Source: an uncultured cyanobacterium (GTDB lineage: Bacteria > Cyanobacteriota > Cyanobacteriia > PCC-6307 > Cyanobiaceae). From it: DNA of 64,000 bases. The stretch covers positions 256,001 to 320,000 of the forward strand of contig CAVONQ010000018.1 of the NCBI GenBank assembly GCA_963697335.1, in the 5' to 3' direction. A program made the translations under genes and the position numbers. Shown in pieces: positions 9,890 to 21,429 of this stretch; the first letter of the stretch is position 1, and each line of letters starts with the position of its first letter. Below the pieces are notes generated by a model, which did not search any database, had not been told where the DNA came from, and saw nothing but the letters and a program-made list of their open reading frames with translations.

Positions 9890-12755
9890 GCTGGGTCCCG
9901 AGCTGTCCTCCGTGGTGCGTTCCGGGGGCAGCACCGCTGCGGCTCCCGCGGCTGCGGCCAGCCTGACGAGCGAGCCCGAACGCTTCAGCGCCGAGGCCTG
10001 GGAGTTGCTGCTGGCCGGCCAGGACGCGGCCCGCCGCTGGCGCCATGGCGTGCTCGATGTGGAGCACCTGCTGCAGGCCCTGCTGCTGGAGCGGCGCTTC
10101 GGGGCCTGGGCCGACCGCCTGCCCCTCGATGCCGATCAGTTGCTGGATCGGCTGGAGGGCTTCTGCGCCCAGCAACCCACCAGCACGTCCGAGCAGCTGT
10201 TCATCGGCGATGCCCTGGAGGATCTGCTCGAGGAAGCCGACCGTCGCCGGGCCGCCTGGGGGTCGCGGCTGCTGGATCTGCCCCACCTGTTACTGGCCCT
10301 GGTGGAGGAGCCCCGCATCGGCGCCAGCCTGCTGGCCCAGCAGGGCCTCAGCGAGGAGCTGCTGCTGCGGCAGCTGCGCCCGGGGGGCCAGGCGCCCGCC
10401 GCGCCGCGCCGTCCCGCCCCTGCCCCAGTTGCTCCCCCATCCTCGCCAGCAGCTGCCCCCGCCCCCGCTGCCGACGACTGGTCCGGCTCCGAGGACTGGA
10501 TGGAGGCGCCCCCCCGGCCGGCCCGTCAGCCCGTCGGGCGCCCCCCCGCCGCGGAGCGCTCGCCGGTAGCCGCCCCTGCCCCGGCCAGGACAGCGGTGCC
10601 AGCCTCCGAGCCGCCCCTGCAGCTGGAGCCGGAAGGCCCAGAACCCACAGCCCTGGAGCGCTATGGGCGCGACCTCACCGCCGCCGCCAGGGCCGCTGAA
10701 CTGGATCCGGTGATCGGCCGCGATGCCGAAATCCGCCGGCTGATCCAGGTGCTGTCGCGCCGCAGCAAGAACAATCCTGTGCTGATCGGTGAGCCGGGCG
10801 TGGGCAAGACCGCCGTGGCGGAGTGCCTGGCCCAGCGGATCGTGGCCGGTGAGGTGCCCGATGCCCTGCTGGGGCAGCGGCTGGTGGCCCTCGATCTGGG
10901 CGCCCTGATCGCCGGCGCCAAGTTCCGTGGCCAGTTCGAGGAGCGCCTGCGCTCCGTGCTGGCGGAGGTGCGCGATGCCGACCCCGGCGTGATCGTGTTC
11001 ATCGATGAGCTGCACGCGGTGGTGAGCAGTGACCGCTCCAATGCCGATGCCGGCAGCATCCTCAAACCGGCCCTGGCCCGCGGCGAGCTGCGCTGCGTGG
11101 GGGCCACCACGCCGGAGGAGTACCGCCGCAGCATTGAGAAAGACCCCGCCCTGGAACGCCGCTTCCAGCAGGTGGTGATCCGCGAGCCCGGCGTCGAGAC
11201 CAGCGTTGAGATCCTGCGCGGCCTCAAGGAGCGCTACGAGCTCCACCACGGCGTCACGATCACCGATGCCGCCCTGGCTGCTGCCGCCCGGCTGGCCGAT
11301 CGCTATCTCGCCGATCGCTGCCTGCCCGATTCCGCCATCGATCTGGTGGATGAGGCCGCCGCCAACCTGCGCATGGAGGTCACCTCCAAGCCCCGCCCCG
11401 TGGAGGAGGCCGAGGTGGCGCTGCGGCGGGTGGAGCTCGCCCTGCTCTCGGCCGAGGCGGCGCCGGAGGCCGAACGGGTCGCCCTGCAGGAGCAGCGGCG
11501 CCAGGCCACCGAGGCGCTGCATGGCCTCAAGCAGCGCTGGCAGGCGGAGCGGCAGCGGGTGGCGGAGCTGGGCGATCTGCTGCAGCAGGACGAGGACCTG
11601 CGCCATGCCATCGCCGAGGCGGAGCGCTGCGGCGATCTCGAGGAGGCGGCCCGGCTCCAGTACGACCAGCTGCATGGCGTGCAGCAGCGCCGTCAGGCCC
11701 TCGAGGTGGCGATGCAGGCAGACGCCATGCTGCGTGAGCAGGTGGAACCCGGCGACATCGCCGATGTGGTGGCCCGCTGGACCGGCATTCCGGTGCAGCG
11801 CCTGCTGGCCGGGGAACGCCAGAAGCTGCTGGAGCTCGACAGCCGCCTGGGCGAGCGGGTGATCGGCCAGCTGGAGCCGGTGGCGGCGGTGGCGGCCGCG
11901 ATCCGGCGCGCCCGGGCCGGCATGCAGTCGCCGCGGCGCCCCGTGGGTTCCTTCCTGTTCCTCGGCCCCACCGGTGTGGGCAAGACCGAGCTGGCCAAGG
12001 CCCTGGCCGCGGCCCTCTTCGACGAGGACGAGGCCCTCGTGCGCCTCGACATGAGCGAATTCATGGAGCGCAACGCCGTGGCCCGGCTGGTGGGGGCCCC
12101 GCCCGGCTACGTGGGGTATGAGGAGGGGGGGCAGCTCACCGAGGCCGTGCGGCGCCGTCCCTATGCCGTGCTGCTGCTCGACGAGGTGGAGAAAGCCCAC
12201 CCCGAGGTGTTCAACCTGCTGCTGCAGGTGCTCGATGACGGACGGCTCACCGATTCCCAGGGCCGCACCGTGGACTTCCGCCACACGGTGGTGATCATGA
12301 CCAGCAACCTGGCCAGCCGGGCGATCCTCGACCATGCCCGCGGCGTCTTGGACGGGGCCCAGGTGGAGGAGGCCATGGACCAGGCCCTGGCGGCCAGCTT
12401 CCGGCCCGAGTTCCTCAACCGCATCGATGAGGTGATCCGGTTCCGGCCCCTCTCGGAGGCCGATCTCGAGCGCATCGTGCGGCTGCAGCTGGCCGAGCTG
12501 GCGGCCCTGCTGGCCGAGCAGCAGCTCCAGCTGGAGGTGGAGGAGCCGGTGGTGCAGGCCCTGGCGGCCCAGGGCTATGAGCCGGAGTACGGGGCCAGGC
12601 CCCTGCGCCGGGTGCTGCGCCGTCGCATCGAGAATCCCCTCGCCACCGAGTTGCTGGAGGACCGCTACGAGGGCGCCCGGGGCGTGCGCATCAGCCTCGG
12701 GGAGGACGCCGCTGCTGGTCTGTGCTTTGAGCCGCTGGGGAAGGGCGTCCGGTAG
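9879..12755 (+). CDS. clpB: ClpB-family AAA+ chaperone
   Basis: Two Walker A motifs ([16 protein letters not shown]), [12 protein letters not shown], coiled-coil M domain, [13 protein letters not shown]. Confidence 0.93.
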
Positions 12756-12802
12756 GGTGACTGTTTGCCGAGTCGCGCGGATGCCCGCGTGCGTCAGCGC
12801 CC

Positions 12803-13132
12803 GTGTTGTCCGACCCCAACAGCCCCGATCCCAACAGCTCCAACGGCTCCCCGCGCACCGTTGCGGCTGAGCAGGCCGCCACTGAGGTGGCCACTGACGC
12901 AGCCGTGGTCGCCGACGCCTCGGAGGCCCAGCAGCTGGCAGCGGCTGAGGCCGCCAGCCCCAAGGGGTTCGGTGCCGCCACCCTGGCGGAACTGCGCAGG
13001 GTGGTCTGGCCCAGCCGCCAGCAGCTGTTCAGCGAGTCGGTGGCGGTGATTCTGATGGTGGGGCTCTCGGCGGCGGCAATTGCGGCGATCGATCGCTTCT
13101 ACGGCTGGGCCTCCTCCCAGGTGTTCGGCTGA
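12803..13132 (+). CDS. secE: Preprotein translocase subunit SecE
   Basis: ELRRVVWPSRQQL plus TM segment; directly upstream of nusG; start uncertain. Confidence 0.92.
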   Translation: MLSDPNSPDPNSSNGSPRTVAAEQAATEVATDAAVVADASEAQQLAAAEAASPKGFGAATLAELRRVVWPSRQQLFSESVAVILMVGLSAAAIAAIDRFYGWASSQVFG

Positions 13133-13218
13133 CCCTCTGCCACTCCTGTCCGACGTCCAGCCCCCAGCAGCCGCAGCGCCCACTCCCCCTGTTCCCCCGA
13201 GCCCCAAGCCTGAGCACC

Positions 13219-13884
13219 GTGTCCGAGACCCTGTCTGACCCCCAAACCGACCCAGCGGCTGAGCAGGGGGCCGAGACCGTGCGGGAGCTGCCGGCCGCCG
13301 AAGCCGCGACCGAGAAGCGCCAGGTGGCCCGCTGGTATGCCGTGCAGGTGGCCTCCAGCTGCGAGAAAAAAGTGAAGGCCACCCTGGAGCAGAGGGCGGT
13401 GACCCTCGGGGTGGACAACCGCATCCTCGAGATCGAGATCCCCCAGACCCCCGGGGTGAAGCTGAAGAAGGACGGCAGCCGCCAGAGCACGGAAGAGAAG
13501 GTGTTCCCCGGCTATGTGCTGGTGCGGATGATGCTCGACGAGGACACGATGATGGCGGTGCGCAGCACCCCCAACGTGATCAACTTTGTGGGGGCGGAGG
13601 AGCGTCGGGCCACGGCCCGCGCCCGCGGCCACATCAAGCCGAGGCCCCTGAGCCGCCAGGAGGTGGATCGCATCTTCAAGCGGGCGGCCGAGAAGAAAGC
13701 CGTGGTCAAGGTCGACCTCACCGAGGGCGATCAGATCCTGGTGACGGCCGGCCCGTTCAAGGACTTCCAGGGCGAGGTGATCGAGGTGTCGGGCGAGCGC
13801 AACAAGCTCAAGGCCCTGCTCTCGATCTTCGGTCGGGAAACCCCTGTGGAACTCGAGTTCGCCCAGATCAGCAAGCAGAGCTGA
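13219..13884 (+). CDS. nusG: Transcription termination/antitermination factor NusG
   Basis: WYAVQVASSCEKKV, FPGYVLV, KOW motif GPFKDFQG, IFGRETPVELEF. Confidence 0.98.
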   Translation: MSETLSDPQTDPAAEQGAETVRELPAAEAATEKRQVARWYAVQVASSCEKKVKATLEQRAVTLGVDNRILEIEIPQTPGVKLKKDGSRQSTEEKVFPGYVLVRMMLDEDTMMAVRSTPNVINFVGAEERRATARARGHIKPRPLSRQEVDRIFKRAAEKKAVVKVDLTEGDQILVTAGPFKDFQGEVIEVSGERNKLKALLSIFGRETPVELEFAQISKQS

Positions 13885-13987
13885 GCACCAGGCTCCGCTC
13901 AGCGGCCGTCTCCCTGCGGAGGATGGCCGTTCCCGTCACGCCTCCCCTCAGGAGGTGATCCGCAGCCCCGCCCAGTAGTTCGAGACG

Positions 13988-14413
13988 ATGGCCAAGAAAA
14001 TCGTAGCCGTGATCAAGCTGGCCCTCCAGGCCGGCAAAGCCAACCCGGCGCCCCCTGTGGGTCCTGCCCTTGGTCAGCACGGCGTCAACATCATGGCGTT
14101 CTGCAAGGAGTACAACGCCCGCACCCAGGAAAAGGCCGGCTATGTGATTCCGGTGGAGATTTCGGTCTTTGAAGACCGCAGCTTCACCTTCATCACCAAG
14201 ACCCCTCCCGCCTCGGTGCTGATCTCCAAGGCCGCCGGCATCGAGAAGGGTGCCGCCACCTCTTCGAAAGGAGCGGTGGGTGCCATCAGCCGCGCCCAGC
14301 TCGAGGAGATCGCCAAGACCAAGCTGCCCGATCTCAACTGCACCAGCGTGGAGTCGGCCATGCGCATCATCGAAGGCACCGCCCGCAACATGGGCGTCGC
14401 CGTCAACGACTGA
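13988..14413 (+). CDS. rplK: 50S ribosomal protein L11
   Basis: [25 protein letters not shown]. Confidence 0.99.
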   Translation: MAKKIVAVIKLALQAGKANPAPPVGPALGQHGVNIMAFCKEYNARTQEKAGYVIPVEISVFEDRSFTFITKTPPASVLISKAAGIEKGAATSSKGAVGAISRAQLEEIAKTKLPDLNCTSVESAMRIIEGTARNMGVAVND

Positions 14414-14510
14414 GTCCTTCCATCCATCCCCAGGGGGAGATCCAGCCAGCGTCCGGCCGCAGCTTGCGTGCCCCAGGCCTGCCCTGCATCGCCCGCACCC
14501 CATTCCCGTC

Positions 14511-15218
14511 ATGCCAAAAGTTTCCAAGCGTTTTTCCGCCCTCCAGGCCAAGGTCGCCGAGCGAGCCCATGAGCCCATGGAGGCCATCGAGCTGGTGAAG
14601 GCCAACGCCACCGCCAAGTTCGACGAGACGATCGAGGCCCATGTGCGCCTCGGCATTGATCCCAAGTACACCGACCAGCAGCTGCGCACCACCGTGGCCC
14701 TGCCCCACGGCACCGGCCAGAGCATTCGCATCGCCGTGATCGCCCGGGGTGAGGCCGTGGCTGCCGCCAAGGCCGCCGGCGCCGACCTCTCCGGCGACGA
14801 CGACCTGGTGGATCAGATCGCCGGCGGCACGATCGACTTCGACCTGCTGATCGCCACCCCGGACATGATGCCCAAGGTGGCCAAGCTCGGCCGGGTGCTC
14901 GGCCCCCGGGGCCTGATGCCCAACCCCAAGGCCGGCACCGTCACCACCGACCTGGTCGGGGCGATCGCTGAGTTCAAGGCCGGCAAACTCGAGTTCCGCG
15001 CCGACCGCAGCGGCATCGTGCACGTGCGCTTCGGCAAGGCCAGCTTCGATCCCGCCAAGCTGCTCGACAACCTCAAGGCCCTTCAGGAAACCATCGACCG
15101 CCAGAAGCCCAGCGGTGCCAAGGGCCGCTACTGGCGCTCCCTCTACGTCACCTCCACCATGGGTCCCTCGGTGCAGGTGGACTTCGCCGCCCTGCAGGAC
15201 ATCAAGCAGGAGGGCTGA
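14511..15218 (+). CDS. rplA: 50S ribosomal protein L1
   Basis: [37 protein letters not shown] at 14511. Confidence 0.99.
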   Translation: MPKVSKRFSALQAKVAERAHEPMEAIELVKANATAKFDETIEAHVRLGIDPKYTDQQLRTTVALPHGTGQSIRIAVIARGEAVAAAKAAGADLSGDDDLVDQIAGGTIDFDLLIATPDMMPKVAKLGRVLGPRGLMPNPKAGTVTTDLVGAIAEFKAGKLEFRADRSGIVHVRFGKASFDPAKLLDNLKALQETIDRQKPSGAKGRYWRSLYVTSTMGPSVQVDFAALQDIKQEG

Positions 15219-15229
15219 TCCGCTTCGCC

Positions 15230-15260
15230 GCTGGGCCCGGCATCAGGTGCCGGGCCCAGC
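15230..15260 (+). terminator. 13-bp perfect hairpin after rplA (terminator or processing stem; no U-tract)
   Basis: GCTGGGCCCGGCA-TCAGG-TGCCGGGCCCAGC. Confidence 0.55.
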
Positions 15261-15289
15261 ATGAGTTAGGTTGAGAAGCTGGCTAAGGC

Positions 15290-15385
15290 CAGAAGGGCAC
15301 GCGCCCTACCCCAGACAGCAGGTGAGAACGCCTTCCGGTTCGCCGGACGATCCGTTTCTGTAAGTCCTGCCGAGGTGTTCGCGAC
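15290..15385 (+). promoter_or_regulatory. Ribosomal protein L10 leader (autoregulatory RNA)
   Basis: AGACAGCAGG ... TAAGTCCTGCCGAGG core upstream of rplJ; boundaries approximate. Confidence 0.8.
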
Positions 15386-15547
15386 AGGTTTTCGGCCTCC
15401 AGGCCGCTTGTGGGTCGATCCCCAGGCGTCTTGATCGGGTCAGGAGCATGCAGCGGCCTCGAGCCCTCCGGCAGTCACTCTCCGAGTGGTTGGCGTTGGC
15501 GTCCAGGGCCGCGTACCCGGCTTGTTCCCCCGATCCGATCCTTTCCT

Positions 15548-16081
15548 ATGGGCCGCACGCTGGAGAACAAGCAACAGATCGTCGAAGAGCTCAAGGGGCT
15601 CCTCGGCGAGGCCGAACTGGCACTGGTCCTTGATTTCAAGGGTCTGTCCATCAAGGAGATGTCTGATCTGCGGACCCGTCTGCAGGCCAGCAACGGCGTG
15701 TGCAAGGTGACCAAAAACACCTTGATGCGTCGGGCCATTGATGGCGACAGTGCCTGGTCGAATCTCGAATCCCTGCTCACCGGCACCAACGCCTTCGTGC
15801 TCGTCAAGGGCGACGTGGGTGGTGCGGTGAAGGCCGTGCAGTCCTTCCAGAAGGACAGCAAGAAGTCGGAAACCAAGGGCGGCCTCTTCGAAGGCAAGCT
15901 CCTGTCCCAGTCCGACATCAAGGCCATCGGGGATCTGCCCTCCAAGGAGGTGCTCATGGCCCAGATCGCCGGTGCGATCAACGCTGTGGCCACCAAGGTG
16001 GCCGTGGGCATCAACGAGGTTCCATCCGGTCTCGCTCGGGCGCTCCAGCAACACGCCGATGGCGAGGGCCAGGCCTCCTGA
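15548..16081 (+). CDS. rplJ: 50S ribosomal protein L10
   Basis: [25 protein letters not shown]. Confidence 0.98.
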   Translation: MGRTLENKQQIVEELKGLLGEAELALVLDFKGLSIKEMSDLRTRLQASNGVCKVTKNTLMRRAIDGDSAWSNLESLLTGTNAFVLVKGDVGGAVKAVQSFQKDSKKSETKGGLFEGKLLSQSDIKAIGDLPSKEVLMAQIAGAINAVATKVAVGINEVPSGLARALQQHADGEGQAS

Positions 16082-16162
16082 GGCCTGCAACCAGCGCCCG
16101 CGGCTGTTGCCGAGCTCAACCGATCCGACTGTTACCCACAGATCTGTTGCTGATTCCCAACC

Positions 16163-16546
16163 ATGTCTGCTACAACCGACCAGATTCTCGACCAACTCAA
16201 ATCCCTCTCGCTGCTTGAGGCTTCCGAGCTCGTCAAGCAGATCGAAGAGGCTTTCGGCGTCTCCGCCGCCGCTTCCGCCGGCGTGATGATGGCCGCTGCT
16301 CCTGCCGCTGCCGCCGAGGCCGTTGAAGAGCAGACCGAATTCGACGTGATCCTTGAGGGTTACGAAGATTCGGCCAAGATCAAGGTGCTCAAGGCCGTGC
16401 GCGAAGCCACAGGCCTGGGTCTGGGCGACGCCAAGGCCCTCGTCGAAGCCGCCCCCAAGGCGGTCAAGGAAGGCATCGCCAAGGCCGATGCCGAGGCCCT
16501 CAAGAAGGCCATCGAAGAGGTGGGTGGCAAGGTGTCGATCAAGTGA
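16163..16546 (+). CDS. rplL: 50S ribosomal protein L7/L12
   Basis: [32 protein letters not shown]. Confidence 0.99.
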   Translation: MSATTDQILDQLKSLSLLEASELVKQIEEAFGVSAAASAGVMMAAAPAAAAEAVEEQTEFDVILEGYEDSAKIKVLKAVREATGLGLGDAKALVEAAPKAVKEGIAKADAEALKKAIEEVGGKVSIK

Positions 16547-16609
16547 TCGCCCTGGGGTCGGCTTGCCGGTCCCACTCCCACCCGGCGCCCAGGCGGCGTC
16601 TTCACCACA

Positions 16610-16637
16610 GCCGGCTCCCTCGAGGGCCGGCTTTTTG
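16610..16637 (+). terminator. Rho-independent terminator of the rplJL operon
   Basis: AGCCGGCTC-CCTCGA-GGGCCGGCT stem-loop followed by a T-tract. Confidence 0.75.
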
Positions 16638-16709
16638 CTGGGCCCCTGGTAGCGCCCCCCAGCCGCCCGGCCCGTCCTGAACCCTGCTGGTCCCAGAGCC
16701 TTCGTCAGC

Positions 16710-16806
16710 AAAAAAAATGCCCCGCCGAAGGCGGGGCAGGATTGTGGAACGGTCTTTCGGAGTCTGTCCTCGTTTCGACCCGGAAGAGTCGTTCCCCACT
16801 CCTCAC
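16710..16806 (-). ncRNA. Yfr2-family (Cyano-1)-like small RNA
   Basis: Minus strand: -10-like TAATCT, 5' GTGAGGAG, stem GGAACG...CGTTCC enclosing CGAAAC/CGAAAG loops, then terminator TGCCCCGCC-TTCG-GCGGGGCA-T8. Confidence 0.7.
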
Positions 16807-16880
16807 AAGCAACAGATTAACGAGGGAATCCGGGGGTGTCAGGGGGCGTCGGTCACTCGTTGAACTGGCCCGTGCCTGGG

Positions 16881-17684
16881 TCAGCTGCCGTAGGGCACCA
16901 CCTCTAGGGCAATCACGCCGTCCTGGCGGGGCAGCACTGACGGGCGCCCCACGCTGGCGATGCCCCTGCGGGTGCTGCTGGGTCTGGACTCCGCCACGGG
17001 GCCAGAGCGGTTCAGCAAAGGGGGCGGGGCCAGGGACGGCAGCGCCGCCAGCTGGCCGCCGCCCCGGGCCCGGGCCAGCAGGACTGGCAGGGGCTCGGCG
17101 TGGGCCATGTAGAGATGCCTGAGGGTTTCCTCGCCGAAGGTGCGGCGCTGGAAGGTCCAGCCCGGTTCCAGCTTGAGGCTGGCCAGGCCGCTGGCGGGAG
17201 CCAGGCCGCTGGCGACCGGGATCGGGGTGGTCTGCTGGGGGTTGGAGGCCAGCAGTCGCAGGCGGCCGTTGTCGCTCTCCACCCGCAGCCGCCAGGGGTT
17301 GCTGAGATCGTCGTTGGCGACCCTCAGCGAGTAGGCGCTGCTGGAGAGGTAGCGCCCGCAGACCCCCTCAGCGACGTCATTGTCGTAGGAGATCACCGAG
17401 CCATCCGGGAACTCCCGCCAGCAGGGCGGGGCCGCCTGAAGCTGCTCGAGCACGATCAGGTTCCAGCGGTTGCCGGCCAGGGGCTGGGCCACGGCGATCG
17501 CCTGACCGGGGGCGATGGGCTGGCTGCCGAACAGAGCGGCCGCCTGGGCAGCGCCAGCCTGGCGGCCCATCACCCAGCTGGAGCTGAGGATGGCGGCGCC
17601 TGCAGCGGTGACCGCTGCTCCAGTGACAGCGACGCGAAGCGCCATGCAGGCACGGCTGCTGACCGTGGCTCGGCTGCTGACCAT
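16881..17684 (-). CDS. DUF3747-domain secreted protein
   Basis: Signal-like N-terminus; WNLIVLEQL..APPCW, CGRYLSSSAYSLRV, C-terminal IALEVVPY. Confidence 0.8.
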   Translation of the reverse strand: MVSSRATVSSRACMALRVAVTGAAVTAAGAAILSSSWVMGRQAGAAQAAALFGSQPIAPGQAIAVAQPLAGNRWNLIVLEQLQAAPPCWREFPDGSVISYDNDVAEGVCGRYLSSSAYSLRVANDDLSNPWRLRVESDNGRLRLLASNPQQTTPIPVASGLAPASGLASLKLEPGWTFQRRTFGEETLRHLYMAHAEPLPVLLARARGGGQLAALPSLAPPPLLNRSGPVAESRPSSTRRGIASVGRPSVLPRQDGVIALEVVPYGS

Positions 17685-17752
17685 GGCGACGTTCTGCCCG
17701 TGTGGCAGCCCAGAGTAGAAGATCTCTTTAGCGACAATGATGGGGATGTCCA

Positions 17753-18565
17753 GTGGCTGATCGGCCAGTGCGGGTGGTGGCGGCGGCCTGTGACGGGGCC
17801 TGCAGCGGCAACCCTGGCCCGGGTGGCTGGGGGGCGCTGCTCCGCTTTGAGGATGGTTCGGTGCAGGAGCTGGGCGGTGCCGACCAGGACACCACCAACA
17901 ACCGCATGGAGCTCACGGCGGCCCTGGCCCTGCTGGAGGCCCTGCGGGACCTGCCCCGCCATCCCGACCTGGCGATCCGAACCGACAGCCGCTATCTGAT
18001 TGATGGCCTGGGCAAGTGGATCCACGGCTGGAAACGCAAGGGCTGGCGCACCGCCTCCGGTGGGCAGGTGCTGAACCGTGATCTCTGGGAGCAGCTCGAC
18101 CGGGCCCGCCTTGCCGACGTGTCCCTGCGCCACGTGAAGGGCCACAGCGGCGATCCAGACAACGACCGCTGCGACACCATCGCCGTGGCCTTTTCCCGTG
18201 GCCGGATCCCGCCCCTGATGGCGGGAGAGGTGCTGGCCACCGCCAGGCTGGAGGCCGAAGTGCCGGCTCCTTCCGGGCCGGCCGAGCGGACCGCTTCCGG
18301 CGCTGATGGATCCGATGCCCCGGACGCTGCCGTCGCCCCCGCGCCGCTGCAGCAGTTGCTGACTCGGCTGGAGTGGGCCGACCGGGTGGCGGATCGCGGC
18401 TATGGCCTCTCTCTGATGGAACTGGCCCAGCTGGTGGAGCAGCCCCTGCGCACGCTGGAGCGCCGCAGCCGGCCCTGGACCTGGCGGGACTGGCGGGTGG
18501 AGCCGCTCGAGGATGGCCGCTGGCGCCTGCGGCGCGGGACGGCAGGATTGGACGATCGGCCGTAG
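17753..18565 (+). CDS. rnhA: Ribonuclease HI with C-terminal extension
   Basis: [45 protein letters not shown]. Confidence 0.95.
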   Translation: MADRPVRVVAAACDGACSGNPGPGGWGALLRFEDGSVQELGGADQDTTNNRMELTAALALLEALRDLPRHPDLAIRTDSRYLIDGLGKWIHGWKRKGWRTASGGQVLNRDLWEQLDRARLADVSLRHVKGHSGDPDNDRCDTIAVAFSRGRIPPLMAGEVLATARLEAEVPAPSGPAERTASGADGSDAPDAAVAPAPLQQLLTRLEWADRVADRGYGLSLMELAQLVEQPLRTLERRSRPWTWRDWRVEPLEDGRWRLRRGTAGLDDRP

Positions 18566-18571
18566 GCGGGT

Positions 18572-19771
18572 GTGATGGGAGATGGTGAGCAGCTGAGCAG
18601 CCAGGGTGGAGAGAGCGCCACGGGGGCGCTGTACGACCGCTTCGTGGCCCCCCTGCTCTCCCGCGATGGCGGGGCCGACGCCGAACAGCTCAGCCGTCTC
18701 ACCCTCACGGCCCTGGCCCAGGCCTCGTTGCGGCGTCGCTGGCCCCTGGTGAGCGGGGCCCTGGCCGGCCTCGGCCAGGAGTTGCGACGGCCCGACCCGC
18801 GCTTGGAGCAGACCCTGTTCGGCTGCCGCTTTCGCAATCCGCTCGGGCTGGCGGCGGGTTTCGACAAGGACGGCGTGGCGGCGGCGATCTGGCACCAGTT
18901 CGGCTTCGGCTTCGCCGAGCTGGGCACGATCACCTGGCACGCCCAGCCGGGTAACCCCCGTCCCCGCCTGTTCCGGCTGGCTGAGGAGCGGGCTGCCCTC
19001 AACCGCATGGGCTTCAACAACCAGGGCGCCGCCGCAGCGCTGCGCACCCTGGAGCGCCAGCGGTTGCCCGCCCCGGGCCAGCGCCCCGCGGTGCTCGGGA
19101 TCAACCTGGGCAAGTCGAAGCTCACCCCCCTGGAGCAGGCCCCGGACGACTACGCCGCCTCCCTGGAGCTACTGGCGCCCCAGGCCGACTACGCCGTGAT
19201 CAATGTGAGCTCGCCCAACACCCCAGGGCTGCGGGACCTTCAGGACGAAGTGCTGCTGCGCCGGCTGGTGGAGCGACTGCGGCGCCTGCCCGCCTGCCCT
19301 CCCCTGCTGGTGAAGATCGCCCCCGACCTCGAGGACGATGCCATCGACGCCATTGCCCGCATGGCCTACGAGGAGGGCCTGGCCGGGGTGATTGCCGTGA
19401 ACACCAGCCTCAACCGCCTGGGGCTGGAGCAGCGGCGTCTGGCCCAGACGGGGCGCAGCCTGGCGGAGGAGGCGGGGGGGCTCAGCGGCGCGCCGCTGCG
19501 ATGGCGTGCCCTGGAAGTGCTGCGCCGGCTCAGGGCCACGGCGGGACCTGCCCTGCCGCTGATCGGCGTGGGAGGGATCGACTCCCCCGAGGCCGCCTGG
19601 GAACGGATCTCCGCCGGGGCCTCCCTGGTTCAGCTCTACACGGGCTGGATCTATGGCGGCCCGGCTCTGGTGCCAAGGATTCTGGAAGGCCTGAGCCGCC
19701 AGCTCGCGTGCCACCGCCTCACCCATCTGGGCCAGGCGGTGGGGGCAGGCCTTCCGTGGAGATCCTCCTGA
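18572..19771 (+). CDS. pyrD: Quinone-dependent dihydroorotate dehydrogenase
   Basis: [40 protein letters not shown]. Confidence 0.97.
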   Translation: MMGDGEQLSSQGGESATGALYDRFVAPLLSRDGGADAEQLSRLTLTALAQASLRRRWPLVSGALAGLGQELRRPDPRLEQTLFGCRFRNPLGLAAGFDKDGVAAAIWHQFGFGFAELGTITWHAQPGNPRPRLFRLAEERAALNRMGFNNQGAAAALRTLERQRLPAPGQRPAVLGINLGKSKLTPLEQAPDDYAASLELLAPQADYAVINVSSPNTPGLRDLQDEVLLRRLVERLRRLPACPPLLVKIAPDLEDDAIDAIARMAYEEGLAGVIAVNTSLNRLGLEQRRLAQTGRSLAEEAGGLSGAPLRWRALEVLRRLRATAGPALPLIGVGGIDSPEAAWERISAGASLVQLYTGWIYGGPALVPRILEGLSRQLACHRLTHLGQAVGAGLPWRSS

Positions 19772-19834
19772 TCGGCTATACCCAGAGCGGAAAAATCGCT
19801 TGTAGCCAGGGTAGCTTCGCTACCCATTGAATGG

Positions 19835-20725
19835 GTGCTTGGCTTGGTGCTCGCTGGGATCAAAGAACGCTGGCGGCCACTGCGGGCCGAGCTGCTGCCC
19901 AGGGTGGTTCTGCTGGACTTCACCGATCCCCAGCTGCTGGTGGGGCAAGGGTTCCGCAACGGCAAGCCCCAGGAACCGATCTGGAGTGCCGCGGTTCCGG
20001 CCCGGTCGCTGCGCGATGGCATGCCGATTGCCGCCGATGCCTTGGGTGATTTCGTGGGGGATCTGCTGCTGGAGCACGACGCCCCCGACGCCAGCCTGGT
20101 GGTGGCCCTGCCCCGCCAAGCCTGTGAGTGGCGCCTGATCACCTGGCCCGGTGGCGTCAGCCCTGGGAACCCCATCGAAGCTCTGCGCGGGCTCAATCCC
20201 GATCTGAAGCTCCCTTACCCCTTGGGCGCAGCCTGCATCGACGTGCAGCCGGTGCCTGGCCGCGAGGGGAACGCGGTGCTGGTGGCTGCTCCCCGTACCA
20301 CGGTGGATGCCTGGATTGACCTGTTCGCCATCGCCGGTTCGAGCCTGCGCCATCTGCTGCCCTCCCAGGCCTGCCAGATGCTCGCCCTGCGCGCGGAGCT
20401 GGACGCCATGGCGCCAGGGGAGCTGCTCGGCGTGCTGCAGCCCACCAGCACGGAATGCCTGCTGGACGTGTGGCTGGACGGGGCCCCCCACTTCCAGCGT
20501 CGCCTGCCCCTGGATGGGGCCCAGCTGGTGCCTGCCCTGCAGCGCTGTCTGCAGTTCTGCCACGGGGAGTTCGGCACGGCCTGCACCCGTCTGCTGGCGA
20601 GCGACGAGCTGGCGGCCGCAGCAGCCGTGGAGCAGGCGATCGGCCTTGAACTCGATGTTGTGGATCGGGGCCGTTTCGGCACCCTGGTGCTGGCCGGGTT
20701 GGCTGAAGCGGAGCTGGCCCGATGA
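19835..20725 (+). CDS. PilM-like type IV pilus assembly protein (divergent)
   Basis: LRDGMP, VVALP, LVAAPRTTVDAWIDLF; first of an overlapping pilM-N-O set. Confidence 0.65.
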   Translation: MLGLVLAGIKERWRPLRAELLPRVVLLDFTDPQLLVGQGFRNGKPQEPIWSAAVPARSLRDGMPIAADALGDFVGDLLLEHDAPDASLVVALPRQACEWRLITWPGGVSPGNPIEALRGLNPDLKLPYPLGAACIDVQPVPGREGNAVLVAAPRTTVDAWIDLFAIAGSSLRHLLPSQACQMLALRAELDAMAPGELLGVLQPTSTECLLDVWLDGAPHFQRRLPLDGAQLVPALQRCLQFCHGEFGTACTRLLASDELAAAAAVEQAIGLELDVVDRGRFGTLVLAGLAEAELAR

Positions 20726-21429
20726 GTTGCTCCCCCTTCGACCTGCTGCGCGAGAAGCGCGAGGAGCTTGGTCTTCCGGAACCGGCTCTGGCCGGCCAGG
20801 CCGATCGCCAGACCTTGCTCAAGGGTGCGGCGATCGGCACCGGCCTGATCGGGCTGCTGCTGGGCCTCACTGGGCTCACCATGCTGCGGGGCCTGTTCGT
20901 GCAGGCGGAGATCGTTCGGCTCGCCAGGCTGGAGGCCGAGGAGCAGCAACTCCAGGCCAGGCTCACCGCCAGCGCCCAAGGCCTCCAGACGCTGGAGCAG
21001 AACAACACGGCCCTGGTCAAGGGATTGATCGGAACCCGCTCCTCCTCAGCCCTGATGCGGGATCTGCAACAGCGGGTGCCGCAGGGGATTCAGCTCACCG
21101 ATGCCCTCCAGCAGGCCGACCAGCAGCAGATGCTGCTCAAGGGGCTGGCCAGTGATCCGGCAGCCTTTGGGCGGGTCAACGCCTTCCAGCTCGGCCTCAA
21201 GCGTTCGCCCCTGGTGGACGCCGCCAAGGGGGTGACCCTGGTCAAGGCCGCCCGTGACCGGGCCGACACCAACCGCAACAGGGTGTCTCCCGCCGTGGAG
21301 TTCGAACTGCGCTTCGCGTTCCGAGGGCCGATCCCTGCGGCTGCTGAAAAGGCCATCCTCGAGGAACTGGGCGCCGAGGGCCTCTCCCGCCGTCTCGACC
21401 TGCTCCAGAAGGAGGGATTGCTGCCATGA
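20722..21429 (+). CDS. pilN: PilN-domain protein
   Basis: FDLLRE N-terminus, TM, coiled coil, VPQGIQL, VNAFQLGLKRSP, LDLLQKEGLL. Confidence 0.8.
   Translation: MSCSPFDLLREKREELGLPEPALAGQADRQTLLKGAAIGTGLIGLLLGLTGLTMLRGLFVQAEIVRLARLEAEEQQLQARLTASAQGLQTLEQNNTALVKGLIGTRSSSALMRDLQQRVPQGIQLTDALQQADQQQMLLKGLASDPAAFGRVNAFQLGLKRSPLVDAAKGVTLVKAARDRADTNRNRVSPAVEFELRFAFRGPIPAAAEKAILEELGAEGLSRRLDLLQKEGLLP

Noticed and set aside
10380..10650. Long Pro/Ala linker in ClpB
   Set aside because: Low-complexity inter-domain linker with no sign of a separate domain.
18230..18565. C-terminal extension of RNase HI
   Set aside because: Recalled as common in cyanobacterial RNase HI, so not considered novel.
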